Positions 23,101 through 36,691 of a stretch of DNA of 55,223 nt are shown here, one piece after another (position 1 is the stretch's first letter; each line of letters opens with the position of its first letter). Source of the DNA: Phoronis australis (taxonomy: Eukaryota > Animalia > Phoronida). A model generated the notes under the pieces. The model was not told the origin of the DNA and searched no databases. It saw only the letters and a list, made by a program, of their open reading frames with translations. The stretch is from assembly GCA_002633005.1 (NCBI GenBank), contig NMRA01000364.1:1-55223 (forward strand). The letters run 5' to 3'. A program made the translations under genes and the position numbers.

Positions 23101-26100
23101 ACAATGACGCACCTTGACAGGCCAACCTAGCTGTGGGACCTGGTCTCAAGTCCTAATGAACTTACTGCCAGCTCTTTTCAACCCCTGAAAATCGTCTTCA
23201 ATTTGACCTATAACATTTTGAGACCAATTTTTTTATCGGTGTGTGGTCTAAATTAAAAGTTGGCTTTTGTAATGGAAGGCGGGATTGCCTGCTTTAACTA
23301 TGACAAGTCTTCAAATGACAGTTGCTTTTTGACCTAATTCACGGCGACAGGAGGCGCGTTCCAAAACGAGGCTCACTACGATAGAACTGTTGGCTTATCA
23401 GCATAGTTGTATTTGAACGGCAGAAAATATACGGACACTCAACTGTCTGTTTTACAATTCCTAAGGACGTTGCGGAAGCGTTGGGTCGCTGCCATACGCC
23501 GCGACGAAGGAAAGTATTTCCGTGTAAAATTTATAAATCATTTGAAAAGCTATATCATATTTTATCGCAGTCTCGGTTGCTGCCGAGCATCATAGCAGTC
23601 AGAGGCGGATCTACAGGGGGGGTTCAGGGGGTTTTAACCCCCCCCCCTCGGGACAGGATCAAAAATAAAAACTGGAAAAAAAATCGCCAGAAAAAACGAA
23701 ATTAGCTACTAAAAATCCCAAAAAATCTTACACGGGAGGAGGGAAACCCTCTCGCGACCTTCCTTCCCCTCGGCGCTACGCGCCTCAGATTCTCTCGAAT
23801 CCTAAACCCCCCCTTACTGAAATCGTAGATCTGCCACTGTAGCAACTACCAGTGAATCTTCGGCCAGCCAAGCTGTGTTTTCATGACTACGGGTTGAAAC
23901 ATGATGAATTTTTCTTTCCTCTTTGGACAGGACCCTCAATCCCTCGATTTTGGGGCCGAATATCGGCTCCATCCCCACTCAAAAATATTGAAAAATCTCG
24001 CGAAATTCCCCTAACGATGCCTAAAAATTCCCTTAGTGATTTAAAATTTCCCTCTGAAGTTCAAATTACCTGTAAGCACACAGGTGACAATTTGAAAGAG
24101 CACAAATTGCTACTTGATACAGAGCTTATGAGAGCTTGCAACAGGGCGGGAGTGCTAATGATGGTGATCGTGAGGTAGATTTTCCCCCTCACTCGGTGAC
24201 AAAATTCCACCAATGAGTCAGAAGGCACTGACAGGCACCTTTCTCCTCGGATGAATGAGGCCCCTGAAGAAACATGACAACTATGCTTGCTAGCTCTGTC
24301 CAGTTAACTGAAATTGAGCTCTAAAACGAGGTTATGCTTTGGACGGACAAATAAATATAGATTATTACATGGCGAAGTCGTTATCCCCCGTTATCTAGAG
24401 CCCTTGTGGATTTTGGAGAATTATCGCCCGAGGGGCGTTAGAACATGTAATAATCTATTCATACCACATACTGAACGAGAAACATTGCAATGAATCGATC
24501 TACCTTTCTCGACTCGCCTCGGCTTTGTAACTACTTTCTCTGTCAGAGGCCCGGGGTCGGAGGTCGTGACCTTTTAAGAAAAGCCGAGCTATTTTTGTCA
24601 AATAATGCTTTTACCCAGAACCAATTGAAAATTTGAACAAAACAGAAATAAAGTGAATCTATAAACTAAGGTTTAGCAACTATTATAGCTTACTACACAT
24701 TTTATCACGCTAAGCTGCGACCTGGAAAATATCGTCTGCTAAAGTAGGTTACCACTAGTAACTGACTATAATGCTCAAGTCAAAGGATCTCGACGACACG
24801 ATACCCGTATTCAAATTGGAGATCGGTGATTTACATGTGAGAGAACACGAGAGAAAAATTTCACTGAATTAAAATATCGTTTTTATGGAAATTATGCGTA
24901 TAAATGTCGGTGCAATGCCCTTTGCTGAACATGCGATTGTTGCCGCTGAGTGGTGTAGTGGTAAAGTCGGCAACTCGAAACGCTGAGGCCCGGGTTCGAA
25001 TCCGGCCTCGGTTTCCCGACAAAATGTTATCTCACTAGTGAGATATCTTTGTGGGTTATTACACGGTTGTATCTCCCATTCGAGGCTAATATTGTGGTAT
25101 AAGGGTTTTTAATTTTAAAATTCAACTTGGTCCACATTGATATTTGAAACCTAGCACATGAAATAGATGTAAGAATTATTAAAAAAAAGAAAGCAGAATT
25201 GATGGTCAAATAATTTTTATTTTCAATTACGAACCTGATTTTTTATTTTAATAAGATATATTCGATAACATCAATTATCCTTGCAGATCAATGACAAATC
25301 AAGTGTTAGTCCCGGTAGTCCCTACTTCATACCAGGACCTAGGCTATGCTTGATGTTAATATTCTTGGTCAATAAATTAAACCAGACGTGACTTGCACAT
25401 GAGAGCAAAATGCGATGAGCCACCACTGTCGAATGTATGTTCAACTCGTCAAAAATACGAGCAGATGACCTGGTTTGTGTAGAAAGCATTTTATCAACAA
25501 TTTATAAGAAGAAACACCGTAATACCTAATCTGTTATACGATTGCCGCAATTTGGTCATATTTACTTTTCTTGTTTCGCGAACCTAGTTTTCCGAAAAAA
25601 CTTATAGCCTTTCGTCAGACAACTCTTTGGTGCATTGACTTGTTCTCTAATGTAGTTTTCTACGTCTCTGTGGTTAATTACAGATACATTTCGAAGATTT
25701 AATACCCAGATTGGACTCGAAAGACCAGCCATTTAACTCACGCAATGTCAACTTCCGCTTTGTTTATCGCAGTGAGCCTCGCTTTGGGTTTTGATGCATC
25801 CGGAACAACACGAGTATCTTCGTAACCTCAAATTTCCCGTCCGAGGTGATTTGACCTCAGGTCACACTGCAAGTCGTGCAACTTTCAAATTGGAGAATGG
25901 TTGGTCGTATAACTGGAATTCGCACATGCACTGTTAAGGTTCAGCTCCGAGGGGAAATTTGTGGCTACAAAAATACTCGGGGTGTTCCGGATGTCTCCGA
26001 TTGCGGTTATGTGCTTTTTTAAACAATGGCTTTGTGTTTTAAACAACAGTGAATGCATAAAACATATGGAAACATAATTCATTTTTACTCATTCAATTTT

Positions 26101-29100
26101 AATTTGTGTTTTTTCAGTTTTGTTTTAGAATCTCCGCACTGGTTGCTGATGAAAGGGAGGTATCGTCAAGCTAACAAAATACTTCACAAAATTGCGCGAG
26201 TAAATCGCTTGCGATTTTCAAAGAACTTTAATTTTGTTGCTGAATTGGAGGGGTTCAATGAGAATCAGACCGCCTGTGATGTTATTCATTCTGTTGAGAC
26301 CTGCACTGGCGTCGAAGCAGTGGATCACGCAACAGATAACTGTAATAGTCTCCATGATACTTCCCAGAAAAAAGACAATGAAAGTAAAAATGCGACTCCA
26401 CTTTCAAAGCTAGTCTCGTCTAGAAAGCTGTTATTTCGTCTGTTGGTGTTATGGTACATTTGGTAAGTTTCAACTCGTGTTATCTTGAACACCCAGTTTT
26501 GAGGCATGATGTCTTTTGTGACCGCTGCGAAAATTGAAAACTTATTCTCCGTTTTTACAGGACACCTGATGTGTTTTTTCAACCTTAGCAGTCATAATGT
26601 TCCTTAGTTACGACAAACAGAAACGCGAATGAAAATGAAAAATTCAGTTAGATCTGGTTGGGTGCATGAATACAACTTCAAAATTTCCCCTGCGATTATT
26701 AAAAGAAAAAAACAACAACAGAAATTCGGTGAAAAAAGCAGTGTGACAAAAGTATTAAATGTACATAATGTAAACGTTTTCCTGGAATTTGAGTACCTCA
26801 GATTTTAACATTTTGGTGTCTACACAAAAAAATACTTGGTTTCATTTGTTCTAGAATATTTTAATGTTGATGTCCTCTTGTTTTCATACAATAAGATGAA
26901 ACTAGGGAACTGTACAAGCTCAGTTAGCGTCACATACGAATGCACAAGTTGTCCTTTTCGAAAGCGCGTCAATTTGAAGACCACGATTGCCCTGCTGAAT
27001 TTCAGATATCGGTTATGCTGTCATGTTGTGATTGTGGAATAAATTAAAGTTTAGTGATTTATGGCCGAAAATGCAATTTGAGGATTAATGTTGGATGGAA
27101 TAGGCTTTTGAAGCTATTAGCTTGACCAGAGCTACAAAATANNNNNNNNNNNNNNNNNNNNNNNNNNNNNNNNNNNNGGGTTGAAACATGATGAATTTTT
27201 CTTTCCACTTTGGACAGGACCCTCAATCCCTCGATTTTGGGGCCGAACATCGGCTCCATCCCCACTCAAAAATATTGAAAAATCTCGCGAAATTCCCCTA
27301 ACGATGCCTAAAAATTCCCTTAGTGATTTAAAATTTCCCTCTGAAGTTCAAATTACCTGTAAGCACACAGGTGACAATTTGAAAGAGCACAAATTGCTAC
27401 TTGATACAGAGCTTATGAGAGCTTGCAACAGGGCGGGAGTGCTAATGATGGTGATCGTGAGGTAGATTTTCCCCCTCACTCGGTGACAAAATTCCACCAA
27501 TGAGTCAGAAGGCACTGACAGGCACCTTTCTCCTCGGATGAAGGAGGCCCCTGAAGAAACATGACAACTATGCTTGCTAGCTCTGTCAAGTTAACTGAAA
27601 TTGAGCTCTAAAACGAGGTTATGCTTTGGACGGACAAATAAGGGTTTTTAATTTTAAAATTCAACTTGGTCCAGATTGATATTTGAAACCTAACACATGA
27701 AATAGATGTAAGAATTATTAAAAAAAAGAATGCAGAATTGATGGTCAAATAACGAACCTGATTTTTTATTTTAATAAAATATATTTAATAACATCAATTA
27801 TCCTTGCAGATCAATGACAAATCAAGTGTTAGTCCTGGTAGTCCCTACTTCATACCAGGATCTAGGCTATGCTTGATGTTAATATTCTTGGTCAATAAAT
27901 TAAACCAGACATGACTTGCACATGAGAGCAAAATGCGATGAGCCACCACTGTCGAATATATGTTCAACTCGTCAAAAATACGAGCAGATGACCTGGTTTA
28001 TGTAGAAAGCATTTTATCAACAATTTACAAGAAGAAACACCATAATACCTAATCTGTTATACGATTGCCGCAATTTGGTCATATTTACTTTTCATGTTTC
28101 GCGAATCTAGTTTTCCGAAAAAACTTATAGCTTTTCGTCAGACAACTCTTTGGTGCATTGACTTGTTCTCTAATGTAGTTTTCTACGTCTCTGTGGTTAA
28201 TTACAGATACATTTCTAAGATTTAATACCCAGATTGGACTCGAAAGACCAGCCATTTAACTCACGCAATGTCAACTTCCACTTTGCTTATCGCAGTGAGC
28301 CTCGCTTCGGATTTTGATGCATCCGGAACAACACGAGTATCTTCGTAAACTCAAATTTCCGGTCCTCAGGTCATACAGCAAGTCGTGCAACTTTCAAATT
28401 GGAGAATGGTTGGTCGTATAACTGAAATTCGCACATGCACTGTAAAGGTTCACCTCCGAGGGGAAATTTGTGGCTACAAAAATACTCGAGGTGTTCCGGA
28501 TGCCTCCGATTGCCGTTATGTGCTTTTTTAAACAATGGCTTTGTGTTTTAAACAGCAGAGAATGCATAAAACATATGGAAACATAATTTATTTTTACTCA
28601 TTCAATTCTAATTTGTGTTTTTTCAGTTTTGTTGTAGAATCTCCGCATTGGTTGCTGATGAAAGGGAGGTATCGTCAAGCTAACAAAATACTTCACAAAA
28701 TTGCGCGAGTAAATCGCTTGCGATTTTCAAAGAACTTTAATTTTGTTGCGGAATTGGAGGGGTTCAATGAGAATCAGACCGCCTGTGATGTTATTCATTC
28801 TGTTGAGACCTGCACTGGCGACAAAGCAGTGGATCACGCAATAGATAACTGTAATAGTCTCCATGATACTTCCCAGAAAAAAGACAATGAAAGTAAAAAT
28901 GCGTCTCCACTTACAAGGCTGGTATCGTCTAGAAAGCTGTTATTTCGTCTGTTGGTGTTATGGTACATTTGGTAAGTTTCAACTCGTGTTATCTTGAACA
29001 CGCAATTTTGAGGCATGATGTCTTTTGTGACCGTTGCGAAAATTGCAAACTTTTATTCTCCGTTTTTACAGGACACCTGATGTGTTTTTTCAACCTTAGC

Positions 29101-32100
29101 AGTCATAATGTTCCTTAGTTACGACAAACAGAGACTCGAATGGAAATGAAAAATTCAGTTAGATCTAGCTGGGTGCATGAATACAACTTCAAAATTTCCT
29201 CTGCGATTATTAAAAGAAAAAAAAAAACAGCAGAAATTTGGTGAAGAAAGCAGTGTGACAAAAGTATTAAATGTACGTAATATAAACGTTTTCCTGGAAT
29301 TTGAGTACTTCAGATGTTAACGTTTTGGCGTCTACACAATAAATTACTTGGTTTCATTTGTTCTAGAATATTTTAATTTCGATGTCCTCATGTTTTCATG
29401 AAATAAGATGAAAATAGGGAACTGTACAAGCTCAGTTAGCGTCACATACGAATGCACAAGTTGTCCTTTTCGAAAGCGCGTCAATTTGAAGACCACGATT
29501 GCCCCGCTGAATTTCAGATATCGGTTATTGCCCCGCTGAATTTCAGATATCGGTTATGCTGTCATGTTGTGATTGTGGAATAAGCTATAAAGTTTAGTGA
29601 TTTATGGCCCAAAATGCAATTTGAAGATTAATGTTGGATGGAACAGGCTTTTGAAGTTATTAGCTTGACCAGAGCTACAAAACAATAAAATCGGGGCTTT
29701 TTTAAGAAACTTCTTCTTTAATAAACTCAAATTTGCCGCTTTACCGCGAATTAGTGACACCTAATGTCTACACTAGTGTTTGTCTATTCTCATTAATAGT
29801 ATGACGTCATTGCGAAATTTGATGTGCCCAATAATTTAATGTCATAATAGGAAAAACGCAAAAACAATATTTTTCAAATTTAGTGATAAATATATTACTT
29901 GAAATTAAACTTAATGTTCTTTTTATAAATTAGTCAATGTTTTAAAACAATGACTGCTTTACGTTTTATTTTAGAAAACTTTGTTGATTAAATATGTATG
30001 GAAGGTGGATCTTTGCTGCGGAAAAAATCATAGGATAAAAGAGAGGTCGTTGTACAGTGCACGCTTGAAATCTGAAGTCCCGGACAGAACATTCTCAGAT
30101 TATATTACAGCGGCAAATTGCCGATAGCAATTAAGGAGTGCAATCGCCGTTGTACAATGCAGGCGTGAATCCGCCTATAAAATAGGCTGGAAAGTTGTGG
30201 GCATTTGGTATCCGCTTCCTAATATCGGATTATAATCAACCACGGAGAGTATAAACATCGGTAATGAGAAGAACTAGGTTCACGTGTGCATTGTTACAGA
30301 GACGATTGCAAGGCGCTTGCATATTTCAATATAAACTAGTTCAATAGTATACTAGCATTCTCAAAAAGAATACGGCGGTTTGCTATGAATAAAACAGGAA
30401 CGTGTTATATCAGCAACTTCCGACCTTACACGCTTATTGCTTTGTGCTCGTACGGAACGAGTAGGATGCACTCGTATGAAAGAGTGCAATACACGCGTTA
30501 GAACACGTTCGGTTGTTTTAAAATCCGCCACTGTACTATGTCTGAGTATGTTCCATCGGCGACTTCCGGATTCACACAGGGTATTTTTAACGCTGACGAA
30601 TGTACAAAAGCGTTTTCGATGACTGCACTAACTGAAATTGAAATCTCGAAGGCATAAAACAACAGTAGGAGAGAATTGTTGCTGATGTGTCGTTTTCCTT
30701 CGGGTCACCAGAGACGGCTGCGAAGGAATATAAGGGAAGGAAAGCTAGGTGACATGCTTTGCTTCTAATACAACGGAACGCACGTCCGGAAGATGCGTCG
30801 AGCCGAGCATGCGCATTCCAATGGTTAACAGCGATCGATCGATAGTGTTCACGTGCCACTACTGTGTCTTTTTACGTCGTTTGACTATAAGGCGAGCATT
30901 CGTTTTTCCTTTTGTTTTTTGCAGGACGACAATCACATTCATATTTTACGGCCTATCTCTTTACTCTGCGGACCTCAGTGGGGACGACTACATAAACTTC
31001 GCTCTCTCCGGAGTAGTGGAAATTCCCGCCTACTTGTTGGCTGCCGTGCTTAGCAAAACGTGGAGCCATCGTCTCCCGTTGGCAATCTCGCTACTTCTAT
31101 GTGGGATCTTCATGCTTTGTTGTGCTGCATTCCCGCCAGGTACGTCGATGCCTATTTTCAAATCCATGTTTAGCACGTTTTCTCAAGGAACTTGAATAAT
31201 TAGTCTGCAGAAAATTCCAGAATATTTCTTCATCCTTATCAAATTTAGCCAAAAACTCTGCAAGTAAATCTGAATATAGATAACACTTGAGAAAAAAGTA
31301 TATTTCTGATTCTACGATCAGCAGGACCATATCCTCGCCATTCTATCAAGACTACTAAATCTTCCTTTCACTATTAATAAGCAATGCGCAGAACATTTAA
31401 ATCTTGCGAGATTAATTTAACAATTTTATAAACGTCTAATGATCGAGAAAAAATATTGTTTCTCCCAACATGGTTGCCAAGGTTACAACACCGTTGTTAA
31501 AATTCAGCAACAATAAGATTAAACTGGAAATTACAAACTCCAAAGCTTAAAGTTTGTGGAGAAATGAACTGCTTGTGTACATGTATGTGCACACGACCGT
31601 CATCTTTGGAAGGATGAGCTGGTTAGACCCATCCTTAATCAGTTTCCTGAATATTAACAGCTGAAATGTGCGCCAAACAGCCTTTTTAAAGTTTCATTTT
31701 TATTAGGCAAGCTACGTTTTTGGAACTGCGTAGCCTAAATCCGCTATTTTGTGACTCCCGTTTATGACTACTTTTGTAAGATATTCATGAAATCATCAAT
31801 ACATTCCTACTGCACGCTTACATGATTGTACAGGTTAATGTTCCTTTTGCTCAATGGATTCGGAAGTAGGAGGGAACAGAAGGTACCTTTCGAATAGTTA
31901 TTCTCAGACAGTACTCTTAGGGCAAAATATAGCATCCTATCTTTTCAAGCATTTTTGTGGAGTTGTGATTGCTATTATTTTAGAATCTATAGGAATAACA
32001 GTGTTGGCCTTGGCGGCGAAGTTGACCGCGTCCGTAGCAATCGCCATAGTGTACACTTTGACGGTTCACATATTTCCCACTGAAGTGCGAGGATTTGGAG

Positions 32101-34385
32101 TCGGAACATGCGGTGCAATATCCAGGCTGGGTGGGATTACAGCGCCCTATGTTTTACTAATGGTAAGATGAACTCTTGGTACAGTCACGTGGTGTAGCTG
32201 AGAGACGCGCGGGGAGTGCACTGGATGTCCCATCAGGGAAGGGGGGGGGGGGGGNGACCGAGCGGTGATGATCATAGCTACGTCACTGTCTCGTTATGAA
32301 TGATGATAGAGTTTTGGTAAGAGAAATAGGGACTGGTAAACTTGTCAACTACACTAGTGAATTACAATTCAAGATCTTCATGGCATTTTGCATGTAGGGT
32401 GGTGCCTAAGCATCCGGTTTTACTGGTCAAAACTACCAAAATGATCCAGACTAAGAAACAACAAACTAACAAAAGTTATTTCTCTTTTCCTCCGCTGTAG
32501 TTAAACGATTTTTGCAGTTCAAGCCATGAAAAAGTTCAACATTTAATGACGGATCTAGTTTTCATAATCGGCAGAGCATAAAATGTCCGGGCCGGGAAAA
32601 AATATTATCACGACACCACATTTGGAGACGGGTATGTAGATTCAGGAATGGCCTCCCTTGTATTGGCACTGCAATCAATTTATTTTTAGAGAACTGCCCT
32701 AGTCTTTACAACAAAGTCAAATCGACAGTGCAATGCATCAGAACAGTCTAGAATTTGAAGATGCTCTTTTTGGATGGCCAAATCCCAAGTGTTAGTTCCT
32801 ATACATATGTAAGAGACAGTAAGACTGATTCGTCTCTTAAAATTTTAGGATACACTCGATTTTTGATTAATTGAAAATACTCAAAGTTTACCATGTAAAA
32901 TACATGTTTGTTTCGATGCAAGTGTTAGAAGATTCTTAAGAAGGTATGAAAGATCGAAAAGCAAAACAGTGAATCTTAATCACATTGTGTGCGTATTGAT
33001 TTTTTGTTTAAAAAGCAACAAGTGCTTCCCAATTACACCTATGAAAGATTCGTAAATGTGTCATCAAACTAACTGGCGGCATTCTGGTTACAACTTCAAG
33101 GATAATATTAAGTGCTTGGAAAGTTCGTCCCACGTTTTACCATCAAGTAGCACTCACAAATTCAGAAGTCTATGAATTAGCATTTTAATTTCAAAAAATA
33201 ACAAACTGCATTTTTATGACTGAATGAAACCTATAGAAATTGACATAGTAATTTGATTACTTTCATAGTGTGTTCTATTCCATGTTTAATTTACAGAATT
33301 ACCAATCTTTAAGTAAATTTTCATGATGGAAATGTCTAATGGGAAACTTTTTACTTTTATAAAATACAATAGTTTGTGACAAGAAAAAGAAATGAACTAA
33401 AAGGCCCCAAAAATTGTCACAGAAATGGTGTTACAAGCTTCCCACTGCATACTGCCGTCGTGGGTGCTAACCTGCACGGTTAGCGTTCCGTAGACCTAGT
33501 TTCTTGCGAGAAAAGCAAGATCTCGCAAGACCTCCTAAAATCATACGAGTGAAAGGCGTGTGTTCCACAAGTATGCTAGGCCGGGAGTTCACTAGCCAAT
33601 CGTATCAGAATGGCAGCCGCTGAAATGATTGGTCGGTGACGTTGGAATGTTGAATTATGGGATTGACTTCACTGTTTCCGTTCCATGAATATTTTTTGCA
33701 CCAAGTGTCAGCTCATGTTTACGGAACGCAGCCCTGATACTCCCCATTGTGTGAGTTTTTAAGACCCCGTGCTCGTGGTTTTCCATGTGCAGGGCTGTAG
33801 ATGTTATACGCGATTATGCTAATATGGTATGGCGGCTGACGAATTACGAAACCCGCAAGTGGAGATATTTAGCTTTAACTGATCCATTCTAAATGGCATC
33901 ATGGATAGCAACTAGTTTTTTGTGGCCTGAAGGACCAATTGATAAACGCTTTTGTTTCTAACGAAAATTGCTCAACTCGTTTACTGCATATCTGAACCGT
34001 GGTAAAGACTAGGGCGCTTTCCATTGCAAGTCGTCCCGGAAAACTAATTTAACGGGATTATCGGTCTCATGGGTTTATAAATTTTGTCTGACATGATTCA
34101 CCCCGGGCTATATTATCCAGAAAGCCACAGACCATTGCTCGAACAGTGAATTACTGGACTTGAAATTGCAATGCTTTGAAAAGAACATGTCGTGTATTAT
34201 TTTTCCAGAGCAAAATTAGTATATCTCTTCCTCTGCTGGTATTTGGGGTAGCTGCACTGAGCGTTGGTTTCCTTACGATGACTCTACCAGAAACGTTTAA
34301 TTTACCACTACCAGATTCCTTCAGCGACGCCGAGGCTCAAGTCGTCTCATCAATCATACCGTGCAGGAATAAAAGACAAAAGTAA
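20147..34385 (+). CDS. SLC22 family organic ion transporter (MFS), paralogue 1, ~579 aa. Exons 20147-20643, 20920-21074, 22029-22200, 26118-26462 (or 28627-28971), 30925-31139, 31984-32162, 34209-34385
   Basis: All introns are GT-AG and phase-compatible. Exon sizes 155/172/215 are typical of SLC22. Motifs include GEFGLFQ, TIATEWGLVCD, SDRYGRR, ESPHWL, FPTEVR, SRLGG and LPET. Confidence 0.93.
23440..23535 (+). mobile_element. Degenerate THAP-domain transposon remnant
   Basis: Peptide QF...LRKRWVAAIRRDEGKYFRVK resembles the THAP 'F-P...R..W..AI.R' segment. Confidence 0.55.
23600..23839. mobile_element. MITE, CAG(A/T)GGCGGATCTAC termini (hAT-like)
   Basis: TIRs CAGAGGCGGATCTAC / GTAGATCTGCCACTG, with an imperfect flanking repeat TAGCA. 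Confidence 0.75.
24355..25102 (-). mobile_element. 748-bp insertion with Helentron/HINE-like architecture, containing a tRNA-like segment
   Basis: Absent from the duplicate copy (empty site CAAATAAGGG). SubTIRs are ATACCACA (24461) and TGTGGTAT (25093). The terminal stem-loop is ATAGATTATTACATG (24357) / CATGTAATAATCTAT (24444). Confidence 0.75.
24942..25013 (+). pseudogene. tRNA-derived sequence (Pol III A/B boxes), not a functional tRNA
   Basis: A-box TGGTGTAGTGG and B-box GGTTCGAATCC are correctly spaced, but the anticodon and acceptor stems pair poorly. Confidence 0.7.
27142..27177. other. Assembly gap
   Basis: Run of N between the two duplicated segments. Confidence 1.
28627..28971 (+). 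CDS. Second copy of SLC22 paralogue 1 exon 4 (345 nt, phase 2-2)
   Basis: Differs from 26118-26462 at 11 of 345 nt; splice sites and frame are intact. Confidence 0.7.
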
Positions 34386-34916
34386 GGCAATAAAATGCGT
34401 ATACATTTTGCTGGCAAACATATCCCAAAGAGAAATCAGAATTTCCGTTTATGCCGAGAAAATGGCTGCAGAAATAGTAATGGTATTGTTAATTAACTCT
34501 CTGCGAGTTTCGTTCCATGCTGGCAACATCAATGGGACACTCTCTTGTGAGTTTTAGTTCTTGAGCCTTCGAGCCAAAGTGTTGCAAAAGCTCTGTCTTC
34601 ATGACTCTAACAGTCCGACAGTTGGACTGTATAGGCAGTTCGAAAGGTGATGGAACACAATCTACACTATTTAGTTAGTCATATAAGACAGTTGCCGTTT
34701 ACTAAGTGGCCTACGATTAATCACAGTGAATAGAGTACCGTAACATTTCATCCTGTTTCTTTCCGTTGACTAATTTTGAGTTTCTCGGTATAGACAAAGG
34801 CGAACAAATGTTCGTGCTCAGCACCTTGGCGCCCGCTATGAGGACTAAATTGCAGGATTAACCCATGAAATTGTTTTAGTTGCAATTGTTGAATAAACAT
34901 CATAAACATAGCATCA

Positions 34917-35050
34917 AATATTCATTCCACAGAATGCGAAATGGTCACTGCCGTAAACAGGATGAAGGGACAATGAAGCACATCTTCGAAGAATGCCGTG
35001 TTGATTGATCATGAATCCAGTGTGACTACGACTAAGATCATTCAACGTGC
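34917..35050 (+). mobile_element. Old LINE ORF2 C-terminal zinc-knuckle remnant downstream of SLC22 paralogue 1
   Basis: Reads HCRKQDEGTMKHIFEECRV; homologous to 54262-54400. Confidence 0.5.
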
Positions 35051-36691
35051 CTCTACAGAGTACATGTACCGCTTGGTCTGGCAAAACCGGAAGGTCCGAA
35101 AACTTAAAATTGTAAATTATTTTATAAGTCTGCAACTGCACCATCACCACAATACTGTTAGACTAGTAATGTTTTGTATTTGTAAGTGTGTGACCTCCAT
35201 GATAACCTGTTCGATCATTGAAACCCGTAAGCACAACGAGTTCCACGAAACTTGATTCTAAACACAATCGATGTTAAGCCAATAAATGAGTCCATTGATT
35301 AGATATGAAAACAACAACGATTATCAATGTAGTTCTCGAGGTTTTAAAACATCTCCTATTCGCCGTAATTAACACATTTTTGTTTCGCTTGATCTCCCTA
35401 TAAATACATCGGAGCATTAGGGTAACTAAAAAATAAAAAAATCGTCGACTTTTTCGTTATGACGTCTTGCTGTCTTGTGTTGACCGCACGCCTTATAATA
35501 TCTCGTTATAACGATGGTCGACATGTTTTATTTTTCAGGTGGCCCTAAAGACCTAGTAGCACTGACATGTTTTAACCCCTATTAGATATGTTGTAAAGAT
35601 GCCGTCAGTACCTACAGGTTAATCCTAACGAAATCCGTAGGCCAAAATTTCATCAATATCCTCTGACACTTGTCATGAACTGGAGCCCAGTGATACTCCA
35701 CCATTTTAGATTTGCCGCCAAGTCGGAAGTGAGATTCAGTAAGAAACGATTGAATACAAGGCCGACTATTCGACTGAGCTAAAGCCTGTTTTCAAGAAGT
35801 GATTAACTCTGGTAAACAGTTTAAGCATAACAATGAACACGCAATATCAAAACAGTTAAGTAAAATTGTCATACAGTTAGACTATTATGACAATTAAACT
35901 TGCGAAAATATTGAAAATAAACTTAGACAAGGAAACTAGGAAACCGGTTTTCTCCGGCGACTTTGCCAGGCGGCTGATGGCCAACAATTAACGACGGAAT
36001 ACCAACTGGTGATGGCGCCATAACTTCGGAAAGAAAACTTGGTATGGTAAACAAAATCTAAGGAACCCCGGTCCCGTGTCTAAGCCCAAAACAAGTACAG
36101 TGAAGACGTGTGCACGTGGTGGCGGTGTGACCGATAAACTTCCGACCAAGTATGGTCATTTATGCCCACACACGGAATTCGTCATGTTTCCACAGGGCCA
36201 CTTTTCAGTATAGGTGGCGTTGTGTACTTCGGTGTCGCTGTAGGACTACGTTGACCGCACAGACAGTGACCTGTATCGCACGTTATGACATGGATGACGA
36301 ATCTCTATCGATCGCACCCTGTGAGTTTGTGACCTCATGATATTGTAATAACTGTTTGCCAAGATTCTTTGTGCTTGAATACCACTCAGTCATGAAATAA
36401 AGTCTCCTGTTTGTATTTTAGTTTGATATTGTCCTGACAACATGATTTGATGCATAGGACCTCCTTGTTCTTTGCAAGATTAGAGAAACGCATACCCGAA
36501 GAGCGAGTCTGTATGAACAATAAATTTAGGAAACAGAGAAAGTACTCCAGCTTTTACGCAGGCTTTCAGTACATAAACGATGTTCTGTGTATCGTTGACC
36601 AAGTATGGCATAAATCTGATTCATTACATAAATAACTCTTTACAATTGTCTCATATGGTAGTTAACAAAACAACAGACGAGAAATATTATT

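Larger units (their letters stand above)
23891..29683. repeat. Tandem segmental duplication (23891-27141 vs 27178-29683) across an N-gap
   Basis: Collinear high-identity copies. Copy 2 lacks 24355-25102 and has a private 29-bp tandem duplication at ~29498-29555. Confidence 0.92.

Noticed and set aside
24942-25013. Functional tRNA gene
   Set aside because: The anticodon and acceptor stems do not pair properly, and it lies inside a mobile element.
23852-27465. Repeated ORF ...KHDEFFFPLWTGPSIPRFWG... (23852-24178, 27181-27465)
   Set aside because: Identity reflects the recent duplication or haplotype. There is no recognisable domain and the sequence is intronic repeat.
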